Below are positions 1 through 13,700 of a DNA stretch of 64,000 bases, piece by piece (position 1 is the stretch's first letter; the number at the start of each line of letters is the position of its first letter). The DNA is from Marsupella aquatica. Taxonomy: Eukaryota; Plantae; Marchantiophyta. Below the pieces are notes generated by a model. It made no database searches. It saw only the letters and a program-made list of their open reading frames with translations, and was not told the origin of the DNA. Made by a program: the position numbers and the translations under genes. Location of the stretch: the NCBI GenBank assembly GCA_973895155.1, contig OZ316893.1, positions 15,778,645 to 15,842,644 on the forward strand, written 5' to 3'.

Positions 1-610
1 GTATAGGGTCATTTTATTGGTTCAAAGGGAAGACTTAAGAATTTTTTGAGAAGAACAATAGGGTCTTTTAAATCCAATTTTGAGACTTATAAGAACATTA
101 GGGTCCTTATAACCAAAATTCAGGAATATTCCAAGAATATTCCAACTTTATAGGGGTTGAAAAAATAAATTTTTTTCTTATATTTTAGGGGGTCCAAGGC
201 CTAAAAACGTCGCAAGTGATGGGGAGGCATCCGTATAGTGAGACCCCCGAGTTTTAGCAGAAATGGTGCAATTCCGTAGGTGGTGTTAGGGTGGGTTCCC
301 ATCAAAAGTCATCTTTTAAACTAATCTTGTTAAATAGAAAGAATCCAGACGCAGGGTTCCCGCTGACTCAAGTGGCAGTCATATTTAAATGTGATAGTTA
401 AAATCACTAATGATCACTTGTTAGTGCCTGTCATTGTGTGAGTACTGAACTAAAAAGTTGAGTGCCAAAAATCTTGGAACTTGACTTTTTATAACTGTGA
501 TGCCTAGACAGGAATCACTCGGCCGGTTAAGTGGGTAAAGCAGGAAGGCACCCTAGGAACACCTTAGTATAGGGACAAAATAAGGAAAATATAAACAATT
601 AGGGGCAACC

Positions 611-3600
611 ATGGAACCCGGGCAGAGGCCGGAGGTAAGGCTGAGGGTGAAAACCCGATTAGGGTTAGGGCGCGTTAAGCGTCGGCGGCTAGGAAGGATC
701 AACGGGAAGAAGGACCGGCAGAGGAGAGGGGTAAGGAGCGCTTGCAGGAGATGGTGGCTCATTTGCGAGCACGAACTAGGCAGACGACTACGGGAGGCCA
801 ACTACTGTCAGCTGCTTAGGCAAGCACTCGGGGAGAGAGTAGATACCGACGATCGACCTAAGGAGGGTATGAGCAACGTCAATCAAGCGGCACATTTCTG
901 GGGATGCCTGTTCGAACGGGCAACTGAGTACATCAAGACTTACGAGGACGAGGAGTCAGAAAGGGCAGCTCGAGAACGGCAGGAGCTCGCTCGATTGTGG
1001 GAGCTGCAGAAGACGGCTTTCTTAGGAGGCGAACTCATCAAGGACGAGTTCCTATGGACGCCTACTTCCAATCAACTCGACGATCTTCTGTTTTGCAAAG
1101 ACAGCGTCGTCGGCATCCGAGAGGCCATCAAGAACTGCAATGACATACACTGGGAATTAAAGGGTAGCACGGAAAGGTGGACCCAGGCAACGGTGCTAGG
1201 AGAAACCTCCACGGCAGCAGAGATGAAGAGGAAGGGGGCCGTCAACGATGAAGCCACCCCGGCAAAAAGAACGAGGTCGGCGGCACCAAAGAGGCCAGCC
1301 GAGCAGCAGAGCAGGAGGCAGGGAGAAGCCGAAGAGGAGGAGGTCGATCCCATCAAGGCCATTCCAACCAGGGATGACACCTGGAAGGGCTGGGCGGCAA
1401 CCCTACCGGTGGAGGTGCAACTACATTTTGCACGGGAGGAGGATGCATGCTTTACGGCCATGCAGACCAAGAAGTACCAAGGCTTCATGGCCGGATCCGG
1501 CTTAGAGGCCTTTGTAAGATTACCATGGCTGAAGCCGGAGGTACCGGAGTCAGACCTATTAGAATTCGTGGGGTCATGGGAACCCGAGACCAATTGCACG
1601 AGGATATATGGGAAGGATTTCTATCTTACTCCCAAGGTAATTGCCGAAGTGTTTGGCTTGCCGATAGGCAATAAGACCAAAGTTGATACCAGGAAGACCC
1701 TGCCTGACAAGGAGTTCCGGTCGTTCCCCGGGCCATCAACGAAGAATGGCTTCTTCCGAAACACCTGCACCAACCCGCACATAGGAGAGATGATCGACTT
1801 CTTGCGGGTGACCATGCATTGTAACTTGCCGAGGGCAGAGATCGGCAAGGCACAGGTCTATCTGGCAGAAAGGCCAGACCCAAGCCGGGACTACAACGGG
1901 TACCTCCTCAACCAATTGAAGAAGATCTTAAAGGAGGAGCAGCAGGTAATCGGCATGGGGAGCGTGTCGCGGCTTGGCTATCACATGCCGCTGTTGTGCC
2001 GGTATGCCAGAGGTCAGACTTTTGCCCCGGTACTTCCCCTGCAGGTAAGGGCACCCGAGGAAGCTCCAATGCCGAGGCCGTTGGCTGAGAAGCCTCAACC
2101 ACCTGTTAGTCCTACGATCGAGCAGGTGTTTAGGCCCAGGAAGGAAGACTTGCCGATGCAGCAACCAGGCATGCAGAGTCTGCTGAAACTACTGGAGAAA
2201 GAAAAGAAATCGGCATCGGCAACAACAACGGCAATGGCAACAATGCAGGACACTACTACAGAGGTAGGCCTACACCGGCTCACAAGAGAAAACCCCTTTG
2301 CTGGAGACAAGGAGAGAATCAGGCCGGAATCCAAGCCAGGTGTTTGAATGTACGTGGGAACCTCAAGCTCCGAATCTGAGGCAGAATTGCCTGAAGCTCC
2401 TACCGACAAAGAGGAGAGGGAGAAGCCGGACGTCCAAGGGGTAGAGGAGGCAGTGGAGGACTGCAGCCATGATAATTCCGGCTATGGGTCGGACCATCAC
2501 GTTCCAGGAGTAAGGACCTGTGGCCGGTTTTGTCCCCACACTTCCAAGGGTAGTGCGAGGGGACCCCAACCAGCAGAGTAGCCCTGAGTCTCCCCCACCA
2601 GATGTTGCTCCCCCGAGCTTCGACGGCATAAAACAGACGGTGCAGGAATTTCAGGAGCGAATCAAGTAGGAGGAGGAGGCCGCCCTGGCTAAGGAAAAGG
2701 ATTTACCAGGAGGAGATTGGCCGGAGGACATCAGGCGGCTAGCCGAAAAAGGAAGCAAACCTCTAGCCACGATTGAAGAGATCCGCAGGACGGCTTGGGA
2801 GCAGAGGCCACGATGGGCGATGCCGATCACTTCTACTTACTCCACCTACGCTAAGAATAGAGCCATGGAGTATGGTGAGATGTGTGGGGAACTTGCGCTC
2901 GGCATCTTTGGAGAGGAGTTGGAGGTAGGACCCTTTTTCCATAGGGAGCAGTTGGAGAAGCACCAATTAGAAGAAGCGGTGGCTTTAGAGAGAAGCAAGA
3001 AGGACGAGGTCATTCGGCGGCTTAGGAGGATGGAAGCCGAGATTGAAGATCTAAGGGCGGCCAAGAAAGCCCAAGATGAACTGCGGATTAAACGACATGA
3101 GCTGAACATCATGCAGGGGCAGTTGGACACCGCGCAGGCTGATAATCAGAATATCAAGGATAAACTGACTCAGACGCAAGAAGAGTTGGCTGACATGATC
3201 AAAGAGAGGGAGAAGTGGAAGCAAGAGCTGAAGAATACAGAGGAGGCCCACATAACAGCCAACAGCCGGGCCATGGCGGAGACCCAAAGAAAGGAATGGG
3301 CGTTGAAAGGGGAGCTCGAGAAAATCCGCGGAGCCCTTGAGCAGAAGGAGGTCGAGTTAGGGAAATCCTATCAAGGGATTATGGCGCTGCAGCAGGAGCT
3401 TGCGTCCCTGACGGCCAGCTTCAAGGCCGACCTAAGGGAGAAGGACGAGATGCTCGAACAGACTTACGCCAAGATGAACCAGATGGAGTCTGTCATCATT
3501 GCAGAGCTCGACAAGGAGCTAAGAGCAACCCAGGAGGAGAGGGCTACCTTGAAGAAGGAATTGGAGGAAGCCCACAGGGAGCAGGAGGAGGCCAAAAACG

Positions 3601-4211
3601 AGCTGGAGGGGGCACGTAAGGACCTGGATGAAACCCAAGAGGAGTTGGAGGAAATCACGAGGAAGATGGAGAACCTACAGCGGCGGGCCGACAACCAAAC
3701 AGAGCGGCTAAAGAAACAAGCCACAGTATTTAAATGCTTAGCTGCAGCAGGTCCATCTCCCGTTGGGACAAACCAGTTACCAGGGGTGGTAATTGCCGAA
3801 GGACAAGCCGCGCCACCTGCACCAGTGCCGGAAGTAAGTGGGAAGGGGAAGGGACCAGCTGCCGAGCCACCAACGAAGAAGAAGCGGAAACCTTCAGGGT
3901 CAAGGAGTAATACGACTTCACAGGCCGTGGTGATCAAGGAGGTAGACCCAGCACCGACCCCAGACAGGGTCACGGCTAGGGATCCAACTACCCTAGGGGA
4001 AGGGGAGGCCGAAGCCGAGGGAGTGGCTGAGGCCGAAGCCGTGGGTATTGCCGAGGCCGGTGTCGAGGCTGAAGCCGAAGGTGGACCCAGTCAGGCCGAT
4101 GGAGAGTTGACTCAGTCAAGGGCAGGTAATCTGTCAGAGAATGAACCTACGGCAGTGGCTGAGGAGGAAGCGTTGGGGGCGTCCATTAAGGATCCACCAC
4201 CGGTGTCGTGA
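611..4211 (+). pseudogene. Degenerate ~1200-aa retrotransposon accessory ORF (plant-mobile-domain/transposon-protein-like core plus long coiled coil)
   Basis: ORFs 611-2347, 2348-2581 and 2820-4211 join through stops (TGA 2345, TAG 2667, among others) and a frameshift near 2460. Core GLEAFVRLPW..LEFV..IYGKDFYLTPKVIAEVFGLP resembles extra ORFs of non-chromovirus Ty3 elements; the C-terminal part is an E/K/Q-rich coiled coil. Confidence 0.6.
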
Positions 4212-4900
4212 CGGTGCAAGGGCGCCGTTCCTTTTAGGGAGGGCGGGCGTGGAGGGAGGAGGCATGAGTGGGCAGGGCGGGCGCGGATCTCCACGTTTAG
4301 GATTAGGATCAGAACCAGGAGCGGCCCTGACACTTAGCTTAGTGGGATTGCGGTCCCACTGGTAGGAGCAACACTTGTGCTCCTGCCTTGCTGTACATAG
4401 GTAGATTCGGGCAAGTAGATTACTGTTAAGTAGATTAGGCTTACGATGCAAAGAATGGCGGATCCACTACCAGGATAAGTACCTGGGCAGCGGGGAGCTC
4501 AGGGCCTCTTCTTTAGCAAGTTTTTAGTTTGCACCAGCCGGGCTGGGATCAAGTAGTACGAGAAGCTCTCGGTTAGTCATACAGTGACCCTTGTGTATAT
4601 TCATGTTTCCTCATGCCTAAGAGCTGAATAGAGTTGGCCTCACGGCTTAGTTCACAGAACTTGTGTATGAGATGTACTGTTTGTATGGCAAGTGCATGGT
4701 ATGACTCAGTCAGAATGAGTCATTTTGCTATTTGTGTGTCGCATTAACTTGTGTGAAGAGTGCCCACATCAACAGAAGGAAGGAAAGTAAGCAGGGGAGT
4801 GAGAGTTGGATGTGTCGAGCTGAGAGAGGTCTTAGCGGCTTAACCAAGCCTATTGGGGATCATTCCGGCGGCGGAATCCAAACATACCTAACAAGACGGA

Positions 4901-4937
4901 GGGGAAGACAGGGGAAGACAGGGGAAGACAGGGGAAG
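4901..4937 (+). repeat. Purine-rich 10-bp tandem repeat (ggggaagaca, about 3.7 copies)
   Basis: Directly visible downstream of the accessory ORF. Confidence 0.85.
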
Positions 4938-7900
4938 GCCTATATTAGGCCGGCTACGTATCTCATGACCCGATGAAGGATCTGTCCAGTATATGTGTGT
5001 AAAATGTTAATAGTAGTAGTAGAAGGTTAGCAGCGTCCCATGCCGCTAAGCCGCGGAAACGGCCTCGCCAAGCACGAAACCTGCGGGAATCGGCTTGAGC
5101 TGGGGGGTTTCTTGGGTTTAGGGAGCCATGGGACGCACCACAATAACTTGTTTCACCCCACCGTCCCATAAGTTGTTGTCATGGAGGGGTCAACCATGTG
5201 TGACCATTAAGAGAAAGCTTGGGAAGAGGTCTCGAAGAAGCTCTCCACAATCTGCAAGGTGAAACCAAGGGCAACAAAAGAGTTGCCACAGGCATAGCGA
5301 GAGCACAACGGAGCTCTTGTTAGCTCTCCAAAATGCTTGTAACAGTCGTGATCTTTGCTCTTCCAAAGCGTTTCTCCCCAAATTGCCTATCAAGGAAAGG
5401 CTGTTGTAATCAATGTACATACCAAAAACTTGATCCTACATGGTTATTTGACGAGCATCCATGTATTCTAAGCTTTCCAATTGCCATAGAAAAATTGAGC
5501 TCTCATGTCCTCTCTAGAGGGCATGTTGGGAGTCATAGCTTGATAAGGTGAGATTACAATGAGCAAATGTATGAGACCACGAGTGTTTGAGCAGGCCGGG
5601 AATAGAGAGCTTCATGGTACAGTCGTGAGAAATATGACTTTACATGTTTGACAAACTTTCAAATTCAGTCAAAATAGTGCAATCTTGCAGAGCCCTCAAA
5701 ATTCAAGTCTTGTCTTTCCCTCCCCTTGGTGTAAGGAAAGACAATTCACTAGGCGAAGGCTCTGTTGGGGAAGCCTTGCCCGGGCAGAGAAATCTTGGTT
5801 CAACATAATAGTCGCGCATAGCAGTAGCAGTAGCTTCTCCAGGATCAATTCTTCCTGCACTAAGAAATTAGAATTGCTGTACTCGCCTACAATAGGTGGG
5901 AAAGTTGACGATAGGCAGGATTGAATCCAAACATTCAAGGGTTTGTTTCATGAACCTACTGAATTGACTAGGAAATTCACAACTGAGCTCTCATCATTGA
6001 ATGACCTAGCTTCAGTCTCTTCTCCAATGCTCAATCAGACAACAATGTACGTCGATATTTTGTACATGATTTTGAGTTTGAGTTCAACTGGCACCTTTGC
6101 ATGATTTTCCTAAAGTTGTAATTTAATCAACATTGGAAAAATCATGTGGTCAAATCCGGAGGAACAATTCCTTTACTCATGCAACTATTAAGGGAAATCT
6201 CCATGGCCTATAAACATTTATGAAATTCACTCTCTATAAAGATGGACATACGTTAAACAGCTTGCCCAGAATAAATCAAATAGCCAGGCCTAAAGACAAG
6301 GACATGTTTCACTCGACTCAAAGAACTTCTCACTGTCCATGAAAAGCTCAGAGAAAATCCTTTCTTTCAAAGGAAACTGATAGACATACATGTCACTAGC
6401 TCAAGAGGTGTCAAAGGACATGACTTTCAGGAACAAAATCACACAAAATTTTGTAGTCATGCCAAACTGAGATGGAGAAAGGCCAAATTACAAAACAACC
6501 ACTTCTTAATTCAAGTTTGGGAATCTTCCAAACCCAACCCTCACACTATTTAGAAGCCAAGACAGTTGAGGGCAAAGCCTTCAAAACAGAACCAGCCCAG
6601 AGGCAACGGAGTGGTATTTCAGTACTATCAGAAAGTTTCCAAGCAGTTTGGTAATTTTCCCCAAAAAATGCCGGAACCGACAATGACTGATCAAATAGCC
6701 CTGAGATGTGCCGGCATTGCCTCAATCAGACAGTTTTGCCAAAATTCTGGAGAGAATTTTGATGGCTTCTCTCACCTGCGCTCTGACGGTACCCCAGAGG
6801 GCAAATGTAGTTTTTTTTGTTGTAGATGTCATTCTTGTCTTAAGAGAACAACCAATAGAATGGAAAGTGCAAATGGTGTGGCAATAAAATCAATTTTGAC
6901 AATAAATGCTTTTGAGAGTTTCACCATGTTGAACGGCAAATAAACTTTATGAGGATAATTACAAAGAAAACTACAGGTAGTAGTTGCGGTTGGAAACAAT
7001 TGGGGATATTTAATTTAGTTTCTAAAGTTAACTTTGTATAATTGATGTTGGTCGACTCCTAGGCACTCTAACTATCCCTAAGGGTGGATGGGAACCTACC
7101 CTTAGGGATTTACTCTTAGTCTAGGGTTACGACTATAATCGTAGACTAGGTTAGGTCAACTAGGTTGCACAGTCACTATATCCCAAGTGGTGTTTGCTTG
7201 AATAGTAGGAACTCTGGCTCATTGTTACAAAGCTAGTTGAGAGATAGGAAGATCTTGTATTACGGAGACTCGCTATGGCCGACGGGCCTAGAGTGCAATA
7301 AATTTCTTGTGTGTTCCTATGGACATAACCTCAAGTTGAGGTGAACCATGTATCTTTCTGTGTCAACTACTTGTGTGTTGGATAGTTCATATATGGGCTT
7401 GCCATTGTGAATGTCGTCTTTGCTCAATAGGTGGTGAGTATTTTGTCTGGCCTAACTTTGGCATATCTGACTCTAGCATTTGGCAGGCATATTCAACACA
7501 CCTCAACAAGTGTATTGTGAAGGCCAAGAGTGATCTAGCAGCCAAGGAGGTTGCCCGATGTATTGCTTACTTGGAAGAGTTGCATGCAAAATATATTGAC
7601 CTAGATCCTTGGCATGTAATTAGTATCCTTTTCTACTTACACTCAATAGCTTACTTTAGATTATTGGATTCTCTCTGGTCTTGAAACAAATTGTGATTAT
7701 TATACAATTATGTATTATTCCTCCTACTTAGGACACTTCAAACATATAAATGAAACTTGCAGCAAAAATAAACAATATACAAAGTGTGAGACTTTGGTAC
7801 AAAAACAAAATTGTTAAGTGCAGTTACCCGCTTGTTTGAAAGTGGATGTACTACACAAAGTACTCAGATTTGTCTTCAAGCTAGAATATGAGAGTTGCTT

Positions 7901-8158
7901 TATTCCAAACTTTCTTCCAAACTCTAACCTCCAAACTTTCTTCCAAACTCTAACATCTAAAGGCCTTGTAAGTCACCGGACCACAAACCGATCCATAGTG
8001 GAAGGCCACTACCGTCTAAAGAGTGGCTGTCAAGAAAGTGAATAGGCAAAATAGAAAAGCGCCAGCTGAATGAACAGGTCTAGAGAGCCAGAGCTCACTT
8101 CTAAGCCTAATAGAGCCACTGCCTTCCCCTAGTAAGTGCCTAGTGAAAAAAAGACACA

Positions 8159-8800
8159 TCACCATGTCGCGAAGGCATCCTTCCTTCCTAGCCACCGCCT
8201 TCTCTCACTAAGCAAAGCTTCCTTGGCCTGGAGAAGCCGCGCATGCTTGCGGCAGGGGCCATAAGTTTCACATAGCCCATGGATGTTGTCCGCCATCTCA
8301 GAGAGGACTAGATTAAAATTGAAGGAGCGTCGTATTAGGGGATTGAAAAATTGTTCATTTCTGGCAGTCCACAAAGTCCACAAGGCCTGATAGACCATGA
8401 AGGCCACGATTGTGTGCATAAAGCTGGGTCCTTTGAAAGAACCAAGCAATTGCATAATATCTGCAGGAGGCCAGAGAATGATACCCAGAAAAGACTGAGA
8501 CACCAAACTCCAGCTGTCAAACATCAGGGCAATTGAAGCACTTACAACCTGAGATTGAAGCATAAGGGCTTGAGTGCGATAGTAACAACAAAGGTATTGG
8601 GGGAACAAAATTAGGGAGGAACTCTTTTATTGTAAGTTGATCGAGAAGGGCTGCAGCACTTGTGACATGCTATTGCCTCCCAGAAGCAAAATATACTTTG
8701 GTCAGTAGAGAGAGACATGGCCCTGCAGAAATTGCTGATGCCATTGCTCATCCCAAGTTTTTTGCCGAAGAAGATATAACAATCCAGAAATCAGACACAA
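8159..8800 (-). mobile_element. LINE (L1-like) ORF2 C-terminal remnant
   Basis: ORF 8159-8608 contains LWTLWTARNEQFF, matching the W-x-I/L-W-x-x-RN-x-x-x-F motif downstream of the zf-RVT region in plant L1 ORF2. Confidence 0.6.
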
Positions 8801-10176
8801 GCGGAGCCCGGGAACAGTTAATGGGTGGTAATTAACCACTAATCAAACATGAAAAAAAATCTACCCCACTACCCTATAAATCAAAATGTCACATCTTGTC
8901 AATTTGAGATTTGGAAACTTTATTTCACAGTTCAATGAGTTGAAATAGAAAAGGGGTAAACAAAAATGGCCTGAAATGAAAGAGCATTTTAATTTTTCCT
9001 CAATGACGAGAAACAAATAAATGCTAAGACACAATTAGTTGGTTTACACGTATACCATACATCAAGAAGTAAAATGTGGACCAATACATGATTGAAGTCT
9101 ACTTAGTTGCTTGAATGGTATAAATTACATACCTATTAAAAAGAGCAAATGTTTGGAACAAAATATGAAAGATGTATAAGAGGGAACAAACATGACATGG
9201 AAGGATCATCTGTTCGCTTGGCTGGCATAAGTTATTACAATGCAAACTCCCTAGACCTCAATTTGAGGGGGAGAAAAGAATGTATTACCCAACTCATATT
9301 ACCCTTAAGATATTCAAATACAAACTGACAATATTAATTACTCATACAATGGATAGGTAGAGGTTCACCCACTGTATCTAGTGGGGATAGTTGTTAAGCT
9401 TACCATGGAGGATATAAGGGCCAACCTCATATAAGATATATATATATAAGGTATTTAGACATGACTTAAAATTTTGAATTCCAAGAATAATGTGACACCT
9501 AATCATGGGTGAAGAATGTGCATACAAATGAGAATTTGAGATTTGAGGGGGAGAGAAGTACACCCTCCTCATATGCATCCATTGGATTATTTGAGCTCCA
9601 TTTTGCAAATGATATCAAATGAGGAAGTGCCTTTAGCACATGCTATGAAATGAAGTGCACAAGTGCTTTGAGCACATGAAATACCTATGATGGCCAATCA
9701 TGAAAAATACTTTGTAAAAACAAATAAGATAAGTGGAGAGAAGAGAAATTTTCCTTGAGATTTGCAAAGCCTTTGATGGAAGTGTGTGAAAATCCCTAAC
9801 ACCACCATGGCTTTGCCTTTACTACTTATGAGCATGACATGTATATATGTTGCCCAACAATTTATATCACATGGGAAAAATGATTCCCACATATATGGAT
9901 CAAAAGGCAACCAAAGGCAATAAAATACCACCAAAAATGATGGAAGACTAATGTATGCATGTTGATTGCAGAAAACACACATCTGATTATAAATACCATG
10001 AAGGAAAGCTTGAGAGCTAATGAGCAACCCACATGAAAACTCCCATATGAAGGAAGAATGTGGAACCAATCAGAAATGAAACCCAAGATTCAAGTTTCTT
10101 CGCGCTTCAAGTCTCAAGCTTCACCCAGATTAACAGTTCATATGCCACTTACTTCCAATAGGGGAGATAGGTAATC

Positions 10177-10744
10177 TCATCAGTTATCAGTCACTTTCAT
10201 CAGTCTACCTGATATCAACTGCCACCTCATCTCAAAAAGGCCGCCAAGTTGCGATGCAAAAAATAAAAAAATGAAGAAAAAAAATTCTTGAATTTTTCTT
10301 CAAAATTTGAAGGAAAATATATATTTTTTGGAAATTTTTTGCCATGAGGCGTCCGTACCGTATGGACACCTATCTCGGTGAGCCCAACCGAGATGGGAAA
10401 AAAATTCCCCAAATTTTTCCCAAATTTTTGATTTTTTCTAAAAAAAAATTATTCCATTTTTTCTGTCCGTACGCCCCATCTCGGCAAGGCCAACCGAGAT
10501 TGGGGAAAAATTCCCAATTTTTTTTTGATTTTTTTTGATTTTTTTGATTTTTTTGGAATTTTTTTTTTGTTGGATTTGTTTTCAGTCCGTACGTCCATCT
10601 CGGCGAGGTCAGCCGAGATTGAGTCAACCTCAGCTGCCCAACTGAGATACGCGGAAGTTTGAAGGCCCCATCTCAACTCCTCAGCTGAGATTCTGAAATT
10701 TTTGAGATAACTGATATTAGTTATTAGCCACTGATAACTGATGA
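10177..10744. mobile_element. MITE-like/foldback element
   Basis: 15-bp perfect inverted ends tcatcagttatcagt (10177-10191) and actgataactgatga (10730-10744); internal inverted motifs (catctcgg/ccgagat) and A/T tracts. No clean TSD found. Confidence 0.55.
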
Positions 10745-13700
10745 TGTTGTGTACCCTCCAATAGGGGATCCAATATATTTAAGACCAAATTTTAGATCTA
10801 TATTTCCGCCCCTCTTGAGATATATCCAAAATGGCTATAAATGTAACATGGTGACACTCTTTCCCTTAGAAGAAAGCAGGAGGGTTTTAATGAGACCACA
10901 CCAATGGATACCATGTACTACATTGATCTATCATTTACGATTAGATGTTAACCCTAGTGTGGTTGCATTATCTATGATAAAACAACCAAGGGGGGGTGTT
11001 GTAACCCATAGATTAGGTCAACATCCAACCCTAGTTAGGGGATTAAGGTAATTACTATAACTACCACTACATGTATACCTAAGGAGGTATAAGTAAACCT
11101 CCCATGAATGGATGAACATTTGATTGTTCGTGTACTTGACATTTTTTCTCCTAAGAATTATCTCCACCTCTCAACAGAGGCATCTTTAATGAAACTACTA
11201 AGATTTTCAAGCTCAAACACAAAGGAGACTTGTCACACCATTCTACGTAGTGTTAGAGTGTATCGTACTATGTAGATCCATATGTTTGGTATGTGTGCTA
11301 TATGAGCCAATAAGGTTCTGTTAGGTTTGTGTGAGAGGGTAGTTCTCTCTTGTGAGGCATGGAAAGGTTATCTTTCGATGTTGAGCCTTGGAGAGGAGAG
11401 CTCGTGTGGTGTCTTTGGTGGTTGAGAGCTCTCTCTATGTAGTGTGGATTCCTTGAGTGCAAGGTGCGTTGGCTCGACATATGTGAGTGATTGGATCAAA
11501 CGGGATTGAGTGCATATTGCCGTTGATCGTGGTTTGATTCTAGTGAGATTACATCAAAAGATCATTTGAACTCTGCTACCGTACGGATTGTGCGAAGAAA
11601 GCTTCATTTCATTTGATCATGTTGTTGACGGTTTGCGGTAGATCAAATCGATTGGAGTTGTTGTTATTTGGATCCGTGGTAGCTTGGATTGTGGAGTGGA
11701 TTATCGCTGGTATTTTGATTTGCTATAGTTGGTGTTGAGAAATTTCTGTCCGATCTGAGTTGTTGTCCGATCAAAGCATCATCGGACAAATCAAAGCATC
11801 ATCAGACAGATTGGGAGTTCTGTGAGCACTTGTTTGGTGAATGTGAATTGCAGATTGCTCTCGCCGTGTGCTCTGCAATCTGCGATGTGTTGCCTGGTTG
11901 TTTTGTGAAGGAAACAAGGGCCAAAGTTGCTGAATCAAGTTGCTGCTGCCGAACCCAAAGTTTTGTGAAAGGGCCGATCTGCATTTCCGTGAAGGAAACA
12001 AGGGCCAATGTTGCCGAATTGGGCTTTGATGTTTTTGTGAACGGCTGTCGAGTAGAAGTGATAGTCACATTTTTCTGAAGGAAACAATCAGGCACATGTT
12101 GTTGTTTTGACGGTGCGGACTGTACGCTATTGCACAGTCAAACTTGCGTTTGTTGTGAAGGAGTTCACTTTCGAATGTTACAAATTTTGTGAGGGTTGCA
12201 TTTTTGTGAAAGGGATTACGAGGCCAAAGTGTGAATGTTGCCAAAATCTGAAGTTGGATCTGGCGTAGCGAAGCGTTGTGGGCGTGAAAGGCTCACTCTT
12301 TGGCTCATCTCGGCGTTTTTGAGGCAACTCATATATGGTTACTCAGGATGTGAGGGCAGAGCAGGCGGGCCAGCTTGCTAGTACGTGAGGAGAATTGCAA
12401 GTGCTGTCATTTTGGAGTGGCAGATTTGGTGCATAATGACAAGTGAGAGGTCACCCATCTTAAAGCTATTTATCCCCTCATGCGCTTAACTAGCTAGTTC
12501 TTATGTGGAGCATTGTCCAAAGAATGAGGCCCCAAGGGTTTTATACACTTTTGAATCCATCTAAATACTCAGTTTCAACTCATTTGCGATGGATTCTTGG
12601 ATAATTGACATTGGTTCCTTGAGGCCTATTATGAAGGCCCTGCATTGCACGTTATGAACATTGTTTGATCAATTTGTGATCACTCTTGGTGTGGAGAGTT
12701 GTTGTTTATCCATTCTTGTTGTTGGACTCTCTCCACACATGCTTCCTGCCTACGTGCCATGTTAGTTTTGTGTGGGTGTTTGATTCTATAGAAGTGATTC
12801 GGGTTTGCAACCAGACACTCTAGTTGTGTTGTGTATTTCTCTCATGGTGATGTTGAAGTGATGTCCAACACACCATGGTGAGTGCTTGTGGTGCTGCCAG
12901 GGACAGATTTCCCAATTAGGGTTAGCACAAAGATTAGATTGATGGCTATGGTTTTGTGATTGGTCATCACGGATTCTTCTGGTGCTGTGGGGCTATCCGA
13001 TGGAAGGCGGACCGGTTTCACTCGGAGTGGGGTGCAGTTTTGACCAGCCACATTGGTAGTAGTCAGCAGTGCAGTTTTAGACAATGATTCTAACAAGGAC
13101 TCAGTGACCAGTTCTCCTTGTCATTAGGTGGTTGCACCTTTGTTGTGGGATATGGAAGAGATGTACGGGGCTACAAAGGGCCCACGACAATACTCTAGTG
13201 CAGTTGGCACGATTGATCATGATGACTTCATCCAGGAGTTTGATGCATGGTGCAATATGCAGACATTGCATAACGCCACATTGTTTACCCCTTTCATGGC
13301 ATGGAAAAGATTATTTCAACATTTGGAGGGGCCACCCATGGATGATTACCATAAATTTTGGAAGGCTCATTTGGTTGAGATTGAGGCATGGAGGCAACAT
13401 TGGTCGCCTAATTATGTGTCCATCACCTATGGCACTAGTACGGTTGCCTAACCCATTGTCACAACTGGTGCTTCTTCTAGTAGCACTAGCCAGAGTAGCA
13501 CTCCACCGCTACTCCTACCGGTGCAATTGTGGCAGGAACTGGAGCTACGCCAGCATTTAACCCTATGGTAGAGTTTTTTGAGGTATTGAAGTAGAACTAT
13601 CAGGGTGTGAGGACTGATAAGTTGAAGGGTCTTTAGGAGTTTTAGCGCAAGACTGGAGAGTCTACGTGAGGCATACACTCATATACGCAGATTGATCACT

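Noticed and set aside
5177-7735. Possible long LTR (tgtc...gaca) after the accessory ORF
   Set aside because: Composition is LTR-like, but there is no partner LTR, clear PPT or TSD in the window.
8950-10170. Copia-like remnants (ttgagggggag twice, LPRPQFE-like peptide)
   Set aside because: Too degenerate to assign domains or ends.
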